From Auanema rhodensis (lineage: Eukaryota > Animalia > Nematoda): 64,000 nucleotides of DNA. A program made the position numbers and the translations under genes. Numbering within the stretch: position 1 is the stretch's first letter; each line of letters starts with the position of its first letter. Location: positions 2,790,001 through 2,854,000 of the forward strand of contig OZ059899.1 of assembly GCA_964057225.1 (NCBI GenBank), in the 5' to 3' direction. This document shows, one piece after another, positions 34,501 to 48,100 of the stretch. A model generated the notes under the pieces. That model was not told the DNA's origin and searched no databases. It saw nothing but the letters and a program-made list of their open reading frames with translations.

Positions 34501-37500
34501 AAAATGCACCGAGATATCAACTGATATAAGTTCACACTTATATCCTCGATTTTCACCCTGAAGAATTGATTTTTTCGTTGAATAACATTGTCCATCGTCT
34601 TTGCCTTGAAAAAAGGAATCTAAAAACATCTACTTTTTGCTAAATTATTTTGAAATTTTTCGAAAAAATTTTTGTCAAAATGTTTTTGGAAGCAATGTTG
34701 AGTGTACATGGAAACTCAACATACACTAATGCAACATTTTTCAAACGATCATAACTAATTTGTGTACTAAGCGTTTCTTAATGTAGTATAGTGCATTCGA
34801 TGCGGATTTTTAAGCTGCGTCGATCTGTGTTATCAGATTTGCGCTAGCTTAAAAATGCACCGAGATATCAACTGATATAAGTTCACACTTATATCCTCGA
34901 TTTTCACCCTGAAGAATTAATTTTTTCGTTGAATAACATTGTCTATCGTCTTTGCCTTGAAAAATGGAATCTAAAAACATCTACTTTTCGCTAAATTATT
35001 TTGAAATTTTTCGAAAAAATTTTTGTCAAAATGTTTTTGGAAGCAATGTTGAGTGTACATGGAAACTCAACATACACTAATGCATCATTTTTCAAACGAT
35101 CATAACTAATTTGTGTACTAAGCGTTTCTCAATGTAGTATAGTGCATTCGATGCGGATTTTTAAGCTGCGTCGATCTGTGTTATCAGATTTGCGCTAGCT
35201 TAAAAATGCACCGAGATATCAACTGATATAAGTTCACACTTATATCCTCGATTTTCACCCTGAAGAATTAATTTTTTCGTTGAATAACATTGTCTATCGT
35301 CTTTGCCTTGAAAAATGGAATCTAAAAACATCTACTTTTTGCTAAATTATTTTGAAATTTTTCGAAAAAATTTTTGTCAAAATGTTTTTGGAAGCAATGT
35401 TGAGTGTACATGGAAACTCAACATACACTAATGCATCATTTTTCAAACGATCATAACTAATTTGTGTACTAAGCGTTTCTCAATGTAGTATAGTGCATTC
35501 GATGCGGATTTTTAAGCTGCGTCGATCTGTGTTATCAGATTTGCGCTAGCTTAAAAATGCACCGAGATATCAACTGATATAAGTTCACACTTATATCCTC
35601 GATTTTCACCCTGAAGAATTAATTTTTTCGTTGAATAACATTGTCCATCGTCTTTGCCTTGAAAAATGGAATCTAAAAACATCTACTTTTTGCTAAATTA
35701 TTTTGAAATTTTTCGAAAAAATTTTTGTCAAAATGTTTTTGGAAGCAATGTTGAGTGTACATGGAAACTCAACATACACTAATGCATCATTTTTCAAACG
35801 ATCATAACTAATTTTTGTATTAAGCGTTTCTCAATGTAGTATAGTGCACTCGATGCGGATTTTTAAGCTGCGTCGATCTGTGTTCTCAGATTTGCGCTAG
35901 CTTAAAAATGCACCGAGATATCAACTGATATAAGTTCACACTTATATCCTCGATTTTCACCCTGAAGAATTAATTTTTTCGTTGAATAACATTGTCCATC
36001 GTCTTTGCCTTGAAAAATGGAATCTAAAAACATCTACTTTTTGCTAAATTATTTTGAAATTTTTCGAAAAAATTTTTGTCAAAATGTTTTTGGAAGCAAT
36101 GTTGAGTGTACATGGAAACTCAACATACACTAATGCATCATTTTTCAAACGATCATAACTAATTTTTGTATCAAGCGTTTCTCAATGTAGTATAGTGCAT
36201 TCGATGCGGATTTTTAAGCTGCGTCGATCTGTGTTATCAGATTTGCGCTAGCTTGAAAATGCACCGAGATATCAACTGATATAAGTTCACACTTATATCC
36301 TCGATTTTCACCCTGAAGAATTAATTTTTTCGTTGAATAACATTGTCCATCGTCTTTGCCTTGAAAAAAGGAATCTAAAAACATCTACTTTTTGCTAAAT
36401 TATTTTGAAATTTTTCGAAAAAATTTTTGTCAAAATGTTTTTGGAAGCAATGTTGAGTGTACATGGAAACTCAACATACACTAATGCATCATTTTTCAAA
36501 CGATCATAACTAATTTGTGTACTAAGCGTTTCTCAATGTAGTATAGTGCATTCGATGCGGATTTTTAAGCTGCGTCGATCTGTGTTATCAGATTTGCGCT
36601 AGCTTAAAAATGCACCGAGATATCAACTGATATAAGTTCACACTTATATCCTCGATTTTCACCCTGAAGAATTAATTTTTTCGTTGAATAACATTGTCCA
36701 TCGTCTTTGCCTTGAAAAAAGGAATCTAAAAACATCTACTTTTTGCTAAATTATTTTGAAATTTTTCGAAAAAATTTTTGTCAAAATGTTTTTGGAAGCA
36801 ATGTTGAGTGTACATGGAAACTCAACATACACTAATGCATCATTTTTCAAACGATCATAACTAATTTTTGTATCAAGCGTTTCTCAATGTATTATAGTGC
36901 ATTCGATGCGGATTTTTAAGCTGCGTCGATCTGTGTTATCAGATTTGCGCTAGCTTAAAAATGCACCGAGATATCAACTGATATAAGTTCACACTTATAT
37001 CCTCGATTTTCACCCTGAAGAATTGATTTTTTCGTTGAATAACATTGTCCATCGTCTTTGCCTTGAAAAAAGGAATCTAAAAACATCTACTTTTTGCTAC
37101 ATTATTTTGAAATTTTTTGAAAAAATTTTTGTCAAAATGTTTTTGGAAGCAATGTTGAGTGTACATGGAAACTCAACATACACTAATGCATCATTTTTCA
37201 AACGATCATAACTAATTTTTGTATTAAGCGTTTCTCAATGTAGTATAGTGCATTCGATGCGGATTTTTAAGCTGCGTCGATCTGTGTTATCAGAATTGCG
37301 CTAGCTTAAAAATGCACCGAGATATCAACTGATATAAGTTCACACTTATATCCTCGATTTTCACCCTGAAGAATTAATTTTTTCGTTGAATAACATTGTC
37401 CATCGTCTTTGCCTTGAAAAATGGAATCTAAAAACATCTACTTTTTGCTAAATTATTTTGAAATTTTTCGAAAAAATTTTTGTCAAAATGTTTTTGGAAG

Positions 37501-40500
37501 CAATGTTGAGTGTACATGGAAACTCAACATACACTAATGCATCATTTTTCAAACGATCATAACTAATTTTTGTATCAAGCGTTTCTGAATGTAGTATAGT
37601 GCATTCGATGCGGATTTTTCAGCTGCGTCGATCTGTGTTATCAGATTTGCGCTAGCTTAAAAATGCACCGAGATATCAACTGATATAAGTTCACACTTAT
37701 ATCCTCGATTTTCACCCTGAAGAATTGATTTTTTCGTTGAATAACATTGTCCATCGTCTTTGCCTTGAAAAAAGGAATCTAAAAACATCTACTTTTTGCT
37801 AAATTATTTTGAAATTTTTCGAAAAAATTTTTGTCAAAATGTTTTTGGAAGCAATGTTGAGTGTACATGGAAACTCAACATACACTAATGCATCATTTTT
37901 CAAACGATCATAACTAATTTTTGTATTAAGCGTTTCTCAATGTAGTATAGTGCATTCGATGCGGATTTTTAAGCTGCGTCGATCTGTGTTATCAGAATTG
38001 CGCTAGCTTAAAAATGCACCGAGATATCAACTGATATAAGTTCACACTTATATCCTCGATTTTCACCCTGAAGAATTAATTTTTTCGTTGAATAACATTG
38101 TCCATCGTCTTCGCCTTGAAAAAAGGAATCTAAAAACATCTACTTTTTGCTACATTATTTTGAAATTTTTTGAAAAAATTTTTGTCAAAATGTTTTTGGA
38201 AGCAATGTTGAGTGTACATGGAAACTCAACATACACTAATGCATCATTTTTCAAACGATCATAACTAATTTTTGTATTAAGCGTTTCTCAATGTAGTATA
38301 GTGCATTCGATGCGGATTTTTAAGCTGCGTCGATCTGTGTTATCAGAATTGCGCTAGCTTAAAAATGCACCGAGATATCAACTGATATAAGTTCACACTT
38401 ATATCCTCGATTTTCACCCTGAAGAATTAATTTTTTCGTTGAATAACATTGTCCATCGTCTTTGCCTTGAAAAATGGAATCTAAAAACATCTACTTTTTG
38501 CTAAATTATTTTGAAATTTTTCGAAAAAATTTTTGTCAAAATGTTTTTGGAAGCAATGTTGAGTGTACATGGAAACTCAACATACACTAATGCATCATTT
38601 TTCAAACGATCATAACTAATTTTTGTATTAAGCGTTTCTCAATGTAGTATAGTGCATTCGATGCGGATTTTTAAGCTGCGTCGATCTGTGTTATCAGAAT
38701 TGCGCTAGCTTAAAAATGCACCGAGATATCAACTGATATAAGTTCACACTTATATCCTCGATTTTCACCCTGAAGAATTAATTTTTTCGTTGAATAACAT
38801 TGTCCATCGTCTTTGCCTTGAAAAATGGAATCTAAAAACATCTACTTTTTGCTAAATTATTTTGAAATTTTTCGAAAAAATTTTTGTCAAAATGTTTTTG
38901 GAAGCAATGTTGAGTGTACATGGAAACTCAACATACACTAATGCATCATTTTTCAAACGATCATAACTAATTTTTGTATCAAGCGTTTCTGAATGTAGTA
39001 TAGTGCATTCGATGCGGATTTTTAAGCTGCGTCGATCTGTGTTATCAGATTTGCGCTAGCTTAAAAATGCACCGAGATATCAACTGATATAAGTTCACAC
39101 TTATATCCTCGATTTTCACCCTGAAGAATTAATTTTTTCGTTGAATAACATTGTCCATCGTCTTTGCCTTGAAAAAAGGAATCTAAAAACATCTACTTTT
39201 TGCTAAATTATTTTGAAATTTTTCGAAAAAATTTTTGTCAAAATGTTTTTGGAAGCAATGTTGAGTGTACATGGAAACTCAACATACACTAATGCATCAT
39301 TTTTCAAACGATCATAACTAATTTTTGTATCAAGCGTTTCTCAATGTAGTATAGTGCATTCGATGCGGATTTTTAAGCTGCGTCGATCTGTGTTATCAGA
39401 TTTGCGCTAGCTTAAAAATGCACCGAGATATCAACTGATATAAGTTCACACTTATATCCTCAATTTTCACCCTGAAGAATTAATTTTTTCGTTGAATAAC
39501 ATTGTCCATCGTCTTTGCCTTGAAAAATGGAATCTAAAAACATCTACTTTTTGCTAAATTATTTTGAAATTTTTCGAAAAAATTTTTGTCAAAATGTTTT
39601 TGGAAGCAATGTTGAGTGTACATGGAAACTCAACATACACTAATGCATCATTTTTCAAACGATCATAACTAATTTTTGTATCAAGCGTTTCTCAATGTAG
39701 TATAGTGCATTCGATGCGGATTTTTAAGCTGCGTCGATCTGTGTTATCAGATTTGCGCTAGCTTAAAAATGCACCGAGATATCAACTGATATAAGTTCAC
39801 ACATATATACCCGATTTTCACCCTGAAGAATTAATTTTTTCGTTGAATAACATTGTCCATCGTCTTTGCCTTGAAAAATGGAATCTAAAAACATCTACTT
39901 TTTGCTAAATTATTTTGAAATTTTTCGAAAAAATTTTTGTCAAAATGTTTTTGGAAGCAATGTTGAGTGTACATGGAAACTCAACATACACTAATGCATC
40001 ATTTTTCAAACGATCATAACTAATTTTTGTATCAAGCGTTTCTCAATGTAGTATAGTGCATTCGATGCGGATTTTTAAGCTGCGTCGATCTGTGTTATCA
40101 GATTTGCGCTAGCTTAAAAATGCACCGAGATATCAACTGATATAAGTTCACACTTATATCCTCAATTTTCACCCTGAAGAATTAATTTTTTCGTTGAATA
40201 ACATTGTCCATCGTCTTTGCCTTGAAAAATGGAATCTAAAAACATCTACTTTTTGCTAAATTATTTTGAAATTTTTCGAAAAAATTTTTGTCAAAATGTT
40301 TTTGGAAGCAATGTTGAGTGTACATGGAAACTCAACATACACTAATGCATCATTTTTCAAACGATCATAACTAATTTTTGTATCAAGCGTTTCTCAATGT
40401 AGTATAGTGCATTCGATGCGGATTTTTAAGCTGCGTCGATCTGTGTTATCAGATTTGCGCTAGCTTAAAAATGCACCGAGATATCAACTGATATAAGTTC

Positions 40501-43500
40501 ACACTTATATCCTCGATTTTCACCCTGAAGAATTAATTTTTTCGTTGAATAACATTGTCCATCGTCTTTGCCTTGAAAAATGGAATCTAAAAACATCTAC
40601 TTTTTGCTAAATTATTTTGAAATTTTTCGAAAAAATTTTTGTCAAAATGTTTTTGGAAGCAATGTTGAGTGTACATGGAAACTCAACATACACTAATGCA
40701 TCATTTTTCAAACGATCATAACTAATTTTTGTATCAAGCGTTTCTGAATGTAGTATAGTGCATTCGATGCGGATTTTTAAGCTGCGTCGATCTGTGTTAT
40801 CAGATTTGCGCTAGCTTAAAAATGCACCGAGATATCAACTGATATAAGTTCACACTTATATCCTCGATTTTCACCCTGAAGAATTAATTTTTTCGTTGAA
40901 TAACATCGTCCATCGTCTTTGCCTTGAAAAAAGGAATCTAAAAACATCTACTTTTTGCTAAATTATTTTGAAATTTTTCGAAAAAATTTTTGTCAAAATG
41001 TTTTTGGAAGCAATGTTGAGTGTACATGGAAACTCAACATACACTAATGCATCATTTTTCAAACGATCATAACTAATTTTTGTATCAAGCGTTTCTCAAT
41101 GTAGTATAGTGCATTCGATGCGGATTTTTAAGCTGCGTCGATCTGTGTTATCAGATTTGCGCTAGCTTAAAAATGCACCGAGATATCAACTGATATAAGT
41201 TCACACTTATATCCTCAATTTTCACCCTGAAGAATTAATTTTTTCGTTGAATAACATTGTCCATCGTCTTTGCCTTGAAAAATGGAATCTAAAAACATCT
41301 ACTTTTTGCTAAATTATTTTGAAATTTTTCGAAAAAATTTTTGTCAAAATGTTTTTGGAAGCAATGTTGAGTGTACATGGAAACTCAACATACACTAATG
41401 CATCATTTTTCAAACGATCATAACTAATTTTTGTATTAAACGTTTCTCAATGTAGTATAGTGCATTCGATGCGGATTTTTAAGCTGCGTCGATCTGTGTT
41501 ATCAGATTTGCGCTAGCTTAAAAATGCACCGAGATATCAACTGATATAAGTTCACACTTATATCCTCGATTTTCACCCTGAAGAATTAATTTTTTCGTTG
41601 AATAACATTGTCCATCGTCTTTGCCTTGAAAAATGGAATCTAAAAACATCTACTTTTCGCTAAATTATTTTGAAATTTTTCGAAAAAATTTTTGTCAAAA
41701 TGTTTTTGGAAGCAATGTTGAGTGTACATGGAAACTCAACATACACTAATGCATCATTTTTCAAACGATCATAACTAATTTTTGTATCAAGCGTTTCTGA
41801 ATGTAGTATAGTGCATTCGATGCGGATTTTTAAGCTGCGTCGATCTGTGTTATCAGATTTGCGCTAGCTTAAAAATGCACCGAGATATCAACTGATATAA
41901 GTTCACACTTATATCCTCGATTTTCACCCTGAAGAATTAATTTTTTCGTTGAATAACATTGTCCATCGTCTTTGCATTGAAAAAGGGAATCTAAAAACAT
42001 CTACTTTTTGCTAAATTATTTTGAAATTTTTCGAAAAAATTTTTGTCAAAATGTTTTTGGAAGCAATGTTGAGTGTACATGGAAACTCAACATACACTAA
42101 TGCATCATTTTTCAAACGATCATAACTAATTTTTGTATCAAGCGTTTCTCAATGTAGTATAGTGCATTCGATGCGGATTTTTAAGCTGCGTCGATCTGTG
42201 TTATCAGATTTGCGCTAGCTTAAAAATGCACCGAGATATCAACTGATATAAGTTCACACTTATATCCTCGATTTTCACCCTGAAGAATTGATTTTTTCGT
42301 TGAATAACATTGTCCATCGTCTTTGCCTTGAAAAAAGGAATCTAAAAACATCTACTTTTTGCTAAATTATTTTGAAATTTTTCGAAAAAATTTTTGTCAA
42401 AATGTTTTTGGAAGCAATGTTGAGTGTACATGGAAACTCAACATACACTAATGCATCATTTTTCAAACGATCATAACTAATTTTTGTATTAAGCGTTTCT
42501 CAATGTAGTATAGTGCATTCGATGCGGATTTTTAAGCTGCGTCGATCTGTGTTATCAGAATTGCGCTAGCTTAAAAATGCACCGAGATATCAACTGATAT
42601 AAGTTCACACTTATATCCTCGATTTTCACCCTGAAGAATTAATTTTTTCGTTGAATAACATTGTCCATCGTCTTCGCCTTGAAAAAAGGAATCTAAAAAC
42701 ATCTACTTTTTGCTACATTATTTTGAAATTTTTTGAAAAAATTTTTGTCAAAATGTTTTTGGAAGCAATGTTGAGTGTACATGGAAACTCAACATACACT
42801 AATGCATCATTTTTCAAACGATCATAACTAATTTTTGTATTAAGCGTTTCTCAATGTAGTATAGTGCATTCGATGCGGATTTTTAAGCTGCGTCGATCTG
42901 TGTTATCAGAATTGCGCTAGCTTAAAAATGCACCGAGATATCAACTGATATAAGTTCACACTTATATCCTCGATTTTCACCCTGAAGAATTAATTTTTTC
43001 GTTGAATAACATTGTCCATCGTCTTTGCCTTGAAAAATGGAATCTAAAAACATCTACTTTTTGCTAAATTATTTTGAAATTTTTCGAAAAAATTTTTGTC
43101 AAAATGTTTTTGGAAGCAATGTTGAGTGTACATGGAAACTCAACATACACTAATGCATCATTTTTCAAACGATCATAACTAATTTTTGTATTAAGCGTTT
43201 CTCAATGTAGTATAGTGCATTCGATGCGGATTTTTAAGCTGCGTCGATCTGTGTTATCAGAATTGCGCTAGCTTAAAAATGCACCGAGATATCAACTGAT
43301 ATAAGTTCACACTTATATCCTCGATTTTCACCCTGAAGAATTAATTTTTTCGTTGAATAACATTGTCCATCGTCTTTGCCTTGAAAAATGGAATCTAAAA
43401 ACATCTACTTTTTGCTAAATTATTTTGAAATTTTTCGAAAAAATTTTTGTCAAAATGTTTTTGGAAGCAATGTTGAGTGTACATGGAAACTCAACATACA

Positions 43501-43899
43501 CTAATGCATCATTTTTCAAACGATCATAACTAATTTTTGTATCAAGCGTTTCTGAATGTAGTATAGTGCATTCGATGCGGATTTTTAAGCTGCGTCGATC
43601 TGTGTTATCAGATTTGCGCTAGCTTAAAAATGCACCGAGATATCAACTGATATAAGTTCACACTTATATCCTCGATTTTCACCCTGAAGAATTAATTTTT
43701 TCGTTGAATAACATTGTCCATCGTCTTTGCCTTGAAAAAAGGAATCTAAAAACATCTACTTTTTGCTAAATTATTTTGAAATTTTTCGAAAAAATTTTTG
43801 TCAAAATGTTTTTGGAAGCAATGTTGAGTGTACATGGAAACTCAACATACACTAATGCATCATTTTTCAAACGATCATAACTAATTTTTGTATCAAGCG

Positions 43900-46800
43900 T
43901 TTCTCAATGTAGTATAGTGCATTCGATGCGGATTTTTAAGCTGCGTCGATCTGTGTTATCAGATTTGCGCTAGCTTAAAAATGCACCGAGATATCAACTG
44001 ATATAAGTTCACACTTATATCCTCGATTTTCACCCTGAAGAATTAATTTTTTCGTTGAATAACATTGTCCATCGTCTTTGCCTTGAAAAATGGAATCTAA
44101 AAACATCTACTTTTTGCTAAATTATTTTGAAATTTTTCGAAAAAATTTTTGTCAAAATGTTTTTGGAAGCAATGTTGAGTGTACATGGAAACTCAACATA
44201 CACTAATGCATCATTTTTCAAACGATCATAACTAATTTTTGTATCAAGCGTTTCTGAATGTAGTATAGTGCATTCGATGCGGATTTTTAAGCTGCGTCGA
44301 TCTGTGTTATCAGATTTGCGCTAGCTTAAAAATGCACCGAGATATCAACTGATATAAGTTCACACTTATATCCTCGATTTTCACCCTGAAGAATTAATTT
44401 TTTCGTTGAATAACATTGTCCATCGTCTTTGCATTGAAAAAGGGAATCTAAAAACATCTACTTTTTGCTAAATTATTTTGAAATTTTTCGAAAAAATTTT
44501 TGTCAAAATGTTTTTGGAAGCAATGTTGAGTGTACATGGAAACTCAACATACACTAATGCAACATTTTTCAAACGATCATAACTAATTTGTGTACTAAGC
44601 GTTTCTTAATGTAGTATAGTGCATTCGATGCGGATTTTTAAGCTGCGTCGATCTGTGTTATCAGATTTGCGCTAGCTTAAAAATGCACCGAGATATCAAC
44701 TGATATAAGTTCACACTTATATCCTCGATTTTCACCCTGAAGAATTGATTTTTTCGTTGAATAACATTGTCCATCGTCTTTGCCTTGAAAAAAGGAATCT
44801 AAAAACATCTACTTTTTGCTAAATTATTTTGAAATTTTTCGAAAAAATTTTTGTCAAAATGTTTTTGGAAGCAATGTTGAGTGTACATGGAAACTCAACA
44901 TACACTAATGCATCATTTTTCAAACGATCATAACTAATTTTTGTATTAAGCGTTTCTCAATGTAGTATAGTGCATTCGATGCGGATTTTTAAGCTGCGTC
45001 GATCTGTGTTATCAGAATTGCGCTAGCTTAAAAATGCACCGAGATATCAACTGATATAAGTTCACACTTATATCCTCGATTTTCACCCTGAAGAATTAAT
45101 TTTTTCGTTGAATAACATTGTCCATCGTCTTCGCCTTGAAAAAAGGAATCTAAAAACATCTACTTTTTGCTACATTATTTTGAAATTTTTTGAAAAAATT
45201 TTTGTCAAAATGTTTTTGGAAGCAATGTTGAGTGTACATGGAAACTCAACATACACTAATGCATCATTTTTCAAACGATCATAACTAATTTTTGTATTAA
45301 GCGTTTCTCAATGTAGTATAGTGCATTCGATGCGGATTTTTAAGCTGCGTCGATCTGTGTTATCAGATTTGCGCTAGCTTAAAAATGCACCGAGATATCA
45401 ACTGATATAAGTTCACACTTATATCCTCGATTTTCACCCTGAAGAATTAATTTTTTCGTTGAATAACATTGTCCATCGTCTTTGCCTTGAAAAATGGAAT
45501 CTAAAAACATCTACTTTTTGCTAAATTATTTTGAAATTTTTCGAAAAAATTTTTGTCAAAATGTTTTTGGAAGCAATGTTGAGTGTACATGGAAACTCAA
45601 CATACACTAATGCATCATTTTTCAAACGATCATAACTAATTTTTGTATCAAGCGTTTCTGAATGTAGTATAGTGCATTCGATGCGGATTTTTAAGCTGCG
45701 TCGATCTGTGTTATCAGATTTGCGCTAGCTTAAAAATGCACCGAGATATCAACTGATATAAGTTCACACTTATATCCTCGATTTTCACCCTGAAGAATTA
45801 ATTTTTTCGTTGAATAACATTGTCCATCGTCTTTGCATTGAAAAAGGGAATCTAAAAACATCTACTTTTTGCTAAATTATTTTGAAATTTTTCGAAAAAA
45901 TTTTTGTCAAAATGTTTTTGGAAGCAATGTTGAGTGTACATGGAAACTCAACATACACTAATGCAACATTTTTCAAACGATCATAACTAATTTGTGTACT
46001 AAGCGTTTCTTAATGTAGTATAGTGCATTCGATGCGGATTTTTAAGCTGCGTCGATCTGTGTTATCAGATTTGCGCTAGCTTAAAAATGCACCGAGATAT
46101 CAACTGATATAAGTTCACACTTATATCCTCGATTTTCACCCTGAAGAATTGATTTTTTCGTTGAATAACATTGTCCATCGTCTTTGCCTTGAAAAAAGGA
46201 ATCTAAAAACATCTACTTTTTGCTAAATTATTTTGAAATTTTTCGAAAAAATTTTTGTCAAAATGTTTTTGGAAGCAATGTTGAGTGTACATGGAAACTC
46301 AACATACACTAATGCATCATTTTTCAAACGATCATAACTAATTTTTGTATTAAGCGTTTCTCAATGTAGTATAGTGCATTCGATGCGGATTTTTAAGCTG
46401 CGTCGATCTGTGTTATCAGAATTGCGCTAGCTTAAAAATGCACCGAGATATCAACTGATATAAGTTCACACTTATATCCTCGATTTTCACCCTGAAGAAT
46501 TAATTTTTTCGTTGAATAACATTGTCCATCGTCTTCGCCTTGAAAAAAGGAATCTAAAAACATCTACTTTTTGCTACATTATTTTGAAATTTTTTGAAAA
46601 AATTTTTGTCAAAATGTTTTTGGAAGCAATGTTGAGTGTACATGGAAACTCAACATACACTAATGCATCATTTTTCAAACGATCATAACTAATTTTTGTA
46701 TTAAGCGTTTCTCAATGTAGTATAGTGCATTCGATGCGGATTTTTAAGCTGCGTCGATCTGTGTTATCAGATTTGCGCTAGCTTAAAAATGCACCGAGAT

Positions 46801-48100
46801 ATCAACTGATATAAGTTCACACTTATATCCTCGATTTTCACCCTGAAGAATTAATTTTTTCGTTGAATAACATTGTCCATCGTCTTTGCCTTGAAAAATG
46901 GAATCTAAAAACATCTACTTTTTGCTAAATTATTTTGAAATTTTTCGAAAAAATTTTTGTCAAAATGTTTTTGGAAGCAATGTTGAGTGTACATGGAAAC
47001 TCAACATACACTAATGCATCATTTTTCAAACGATCATAACTAATTTTTGTATCAAGCGTTTCTGAATGTAGTATAGTGCATTCGATGCGGATTTTTAAGC
47101 TGCGTCGATCTGTGTTATCAGATTTGCGCTAGCTTAAAAATGCACCGAGATATCAACTGATATAAGTTCACACTTATATCCTCGATTTTCACCCTGAAGA
47201 ATTAATTTTTTCGTTGAATAACATTGTCCATCGTCTTTGCATTGAAAAAGGGAATCTAAAAACATCTACTTTTTGCTAAATTATTTTGAAATTTTTCGAA
47301 AAAATTTTTGTCAAAATGTTTTTGGAAGCAATGTTGAGTGTACATGGAAACTCAACATACACTAATGCAACATTTTTCAAACGATCATAACTAATTTGTG
47401 TACTAAGCGTTTCTTAATGTAGTATAGTGCATTCGATGCGGATTTTTAAGCTGCGTCGATCTGTGTTATCAGATTTGCGCTAGCTTAAAAATGCACCGAG
47501 ATATCAACTGATATAAGTTCACACTTATATCCTCGATTTTCACCCTGAAGAATTGATTTTTTCGTTGAATAACATTGTCCATCGTCTTTGCCTTGAAAAA
47601 AGGAATCTAAAAACATCTACTTTTTGCTAAATTATTTTGAAATTTTTCGAAAAAATTTTTGTCAAAATGTTTTTGGAAGCAATGTTGAGTGTACATGGAA
47701 ACTCAACATACACTAATGCATCATTTTTCAAACGATCATAACTAATTTTTGTATTAAGCGTTTCTCAATGTAGTATAGTGCATTCGATGCGGATTTTTAA
47801 GCTGCGTCGATCTGTGTTATCAGAATTGCGCTAGCTTAAAAATGCACCGAGATATCAACTGATATAAGTTCACACTTATATCCTCGATTTTCACCCTGAA
47901 GAATTAATTTTTTCGTTGAATAACATTGTCCATCGTCTTCGCCTTGAAAATAGGAATCTAAAAACATCTACTTTTTGCTACATTATTCTGAAATTTTTTG
48001 AAAAAATTTTTGTCAAAATGTTTTTGGAAGCAATGTTGAGTGTACATGGAAACTCAACATACACTAATGCATCATTTTTCAAACGATCATAACTAATTTT
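43900..48100. repeat. 4-monomer higher-order repeat (1404 bp) x3
   Basis: GCATTGAAAAAGGG variant at 44433, 45837 and 47241. The TTCGCC, GCTACATT and GCAACAT variants recur at the same period. Confidence 0.9.

Noticed and set aside
37023-37211. 62-aa ORF in the satellite, and monomer length divisible by 3 (117 codons)
   Set aside because: It arises from chance variants (TTG start, TAA to TAC). That frame normally has four TAA/TAG stops per unit, and other variants add TGA. The neighbouring gag-pol has no in-frame TAA/TAG, so a stop-reassigned code is unsupported.
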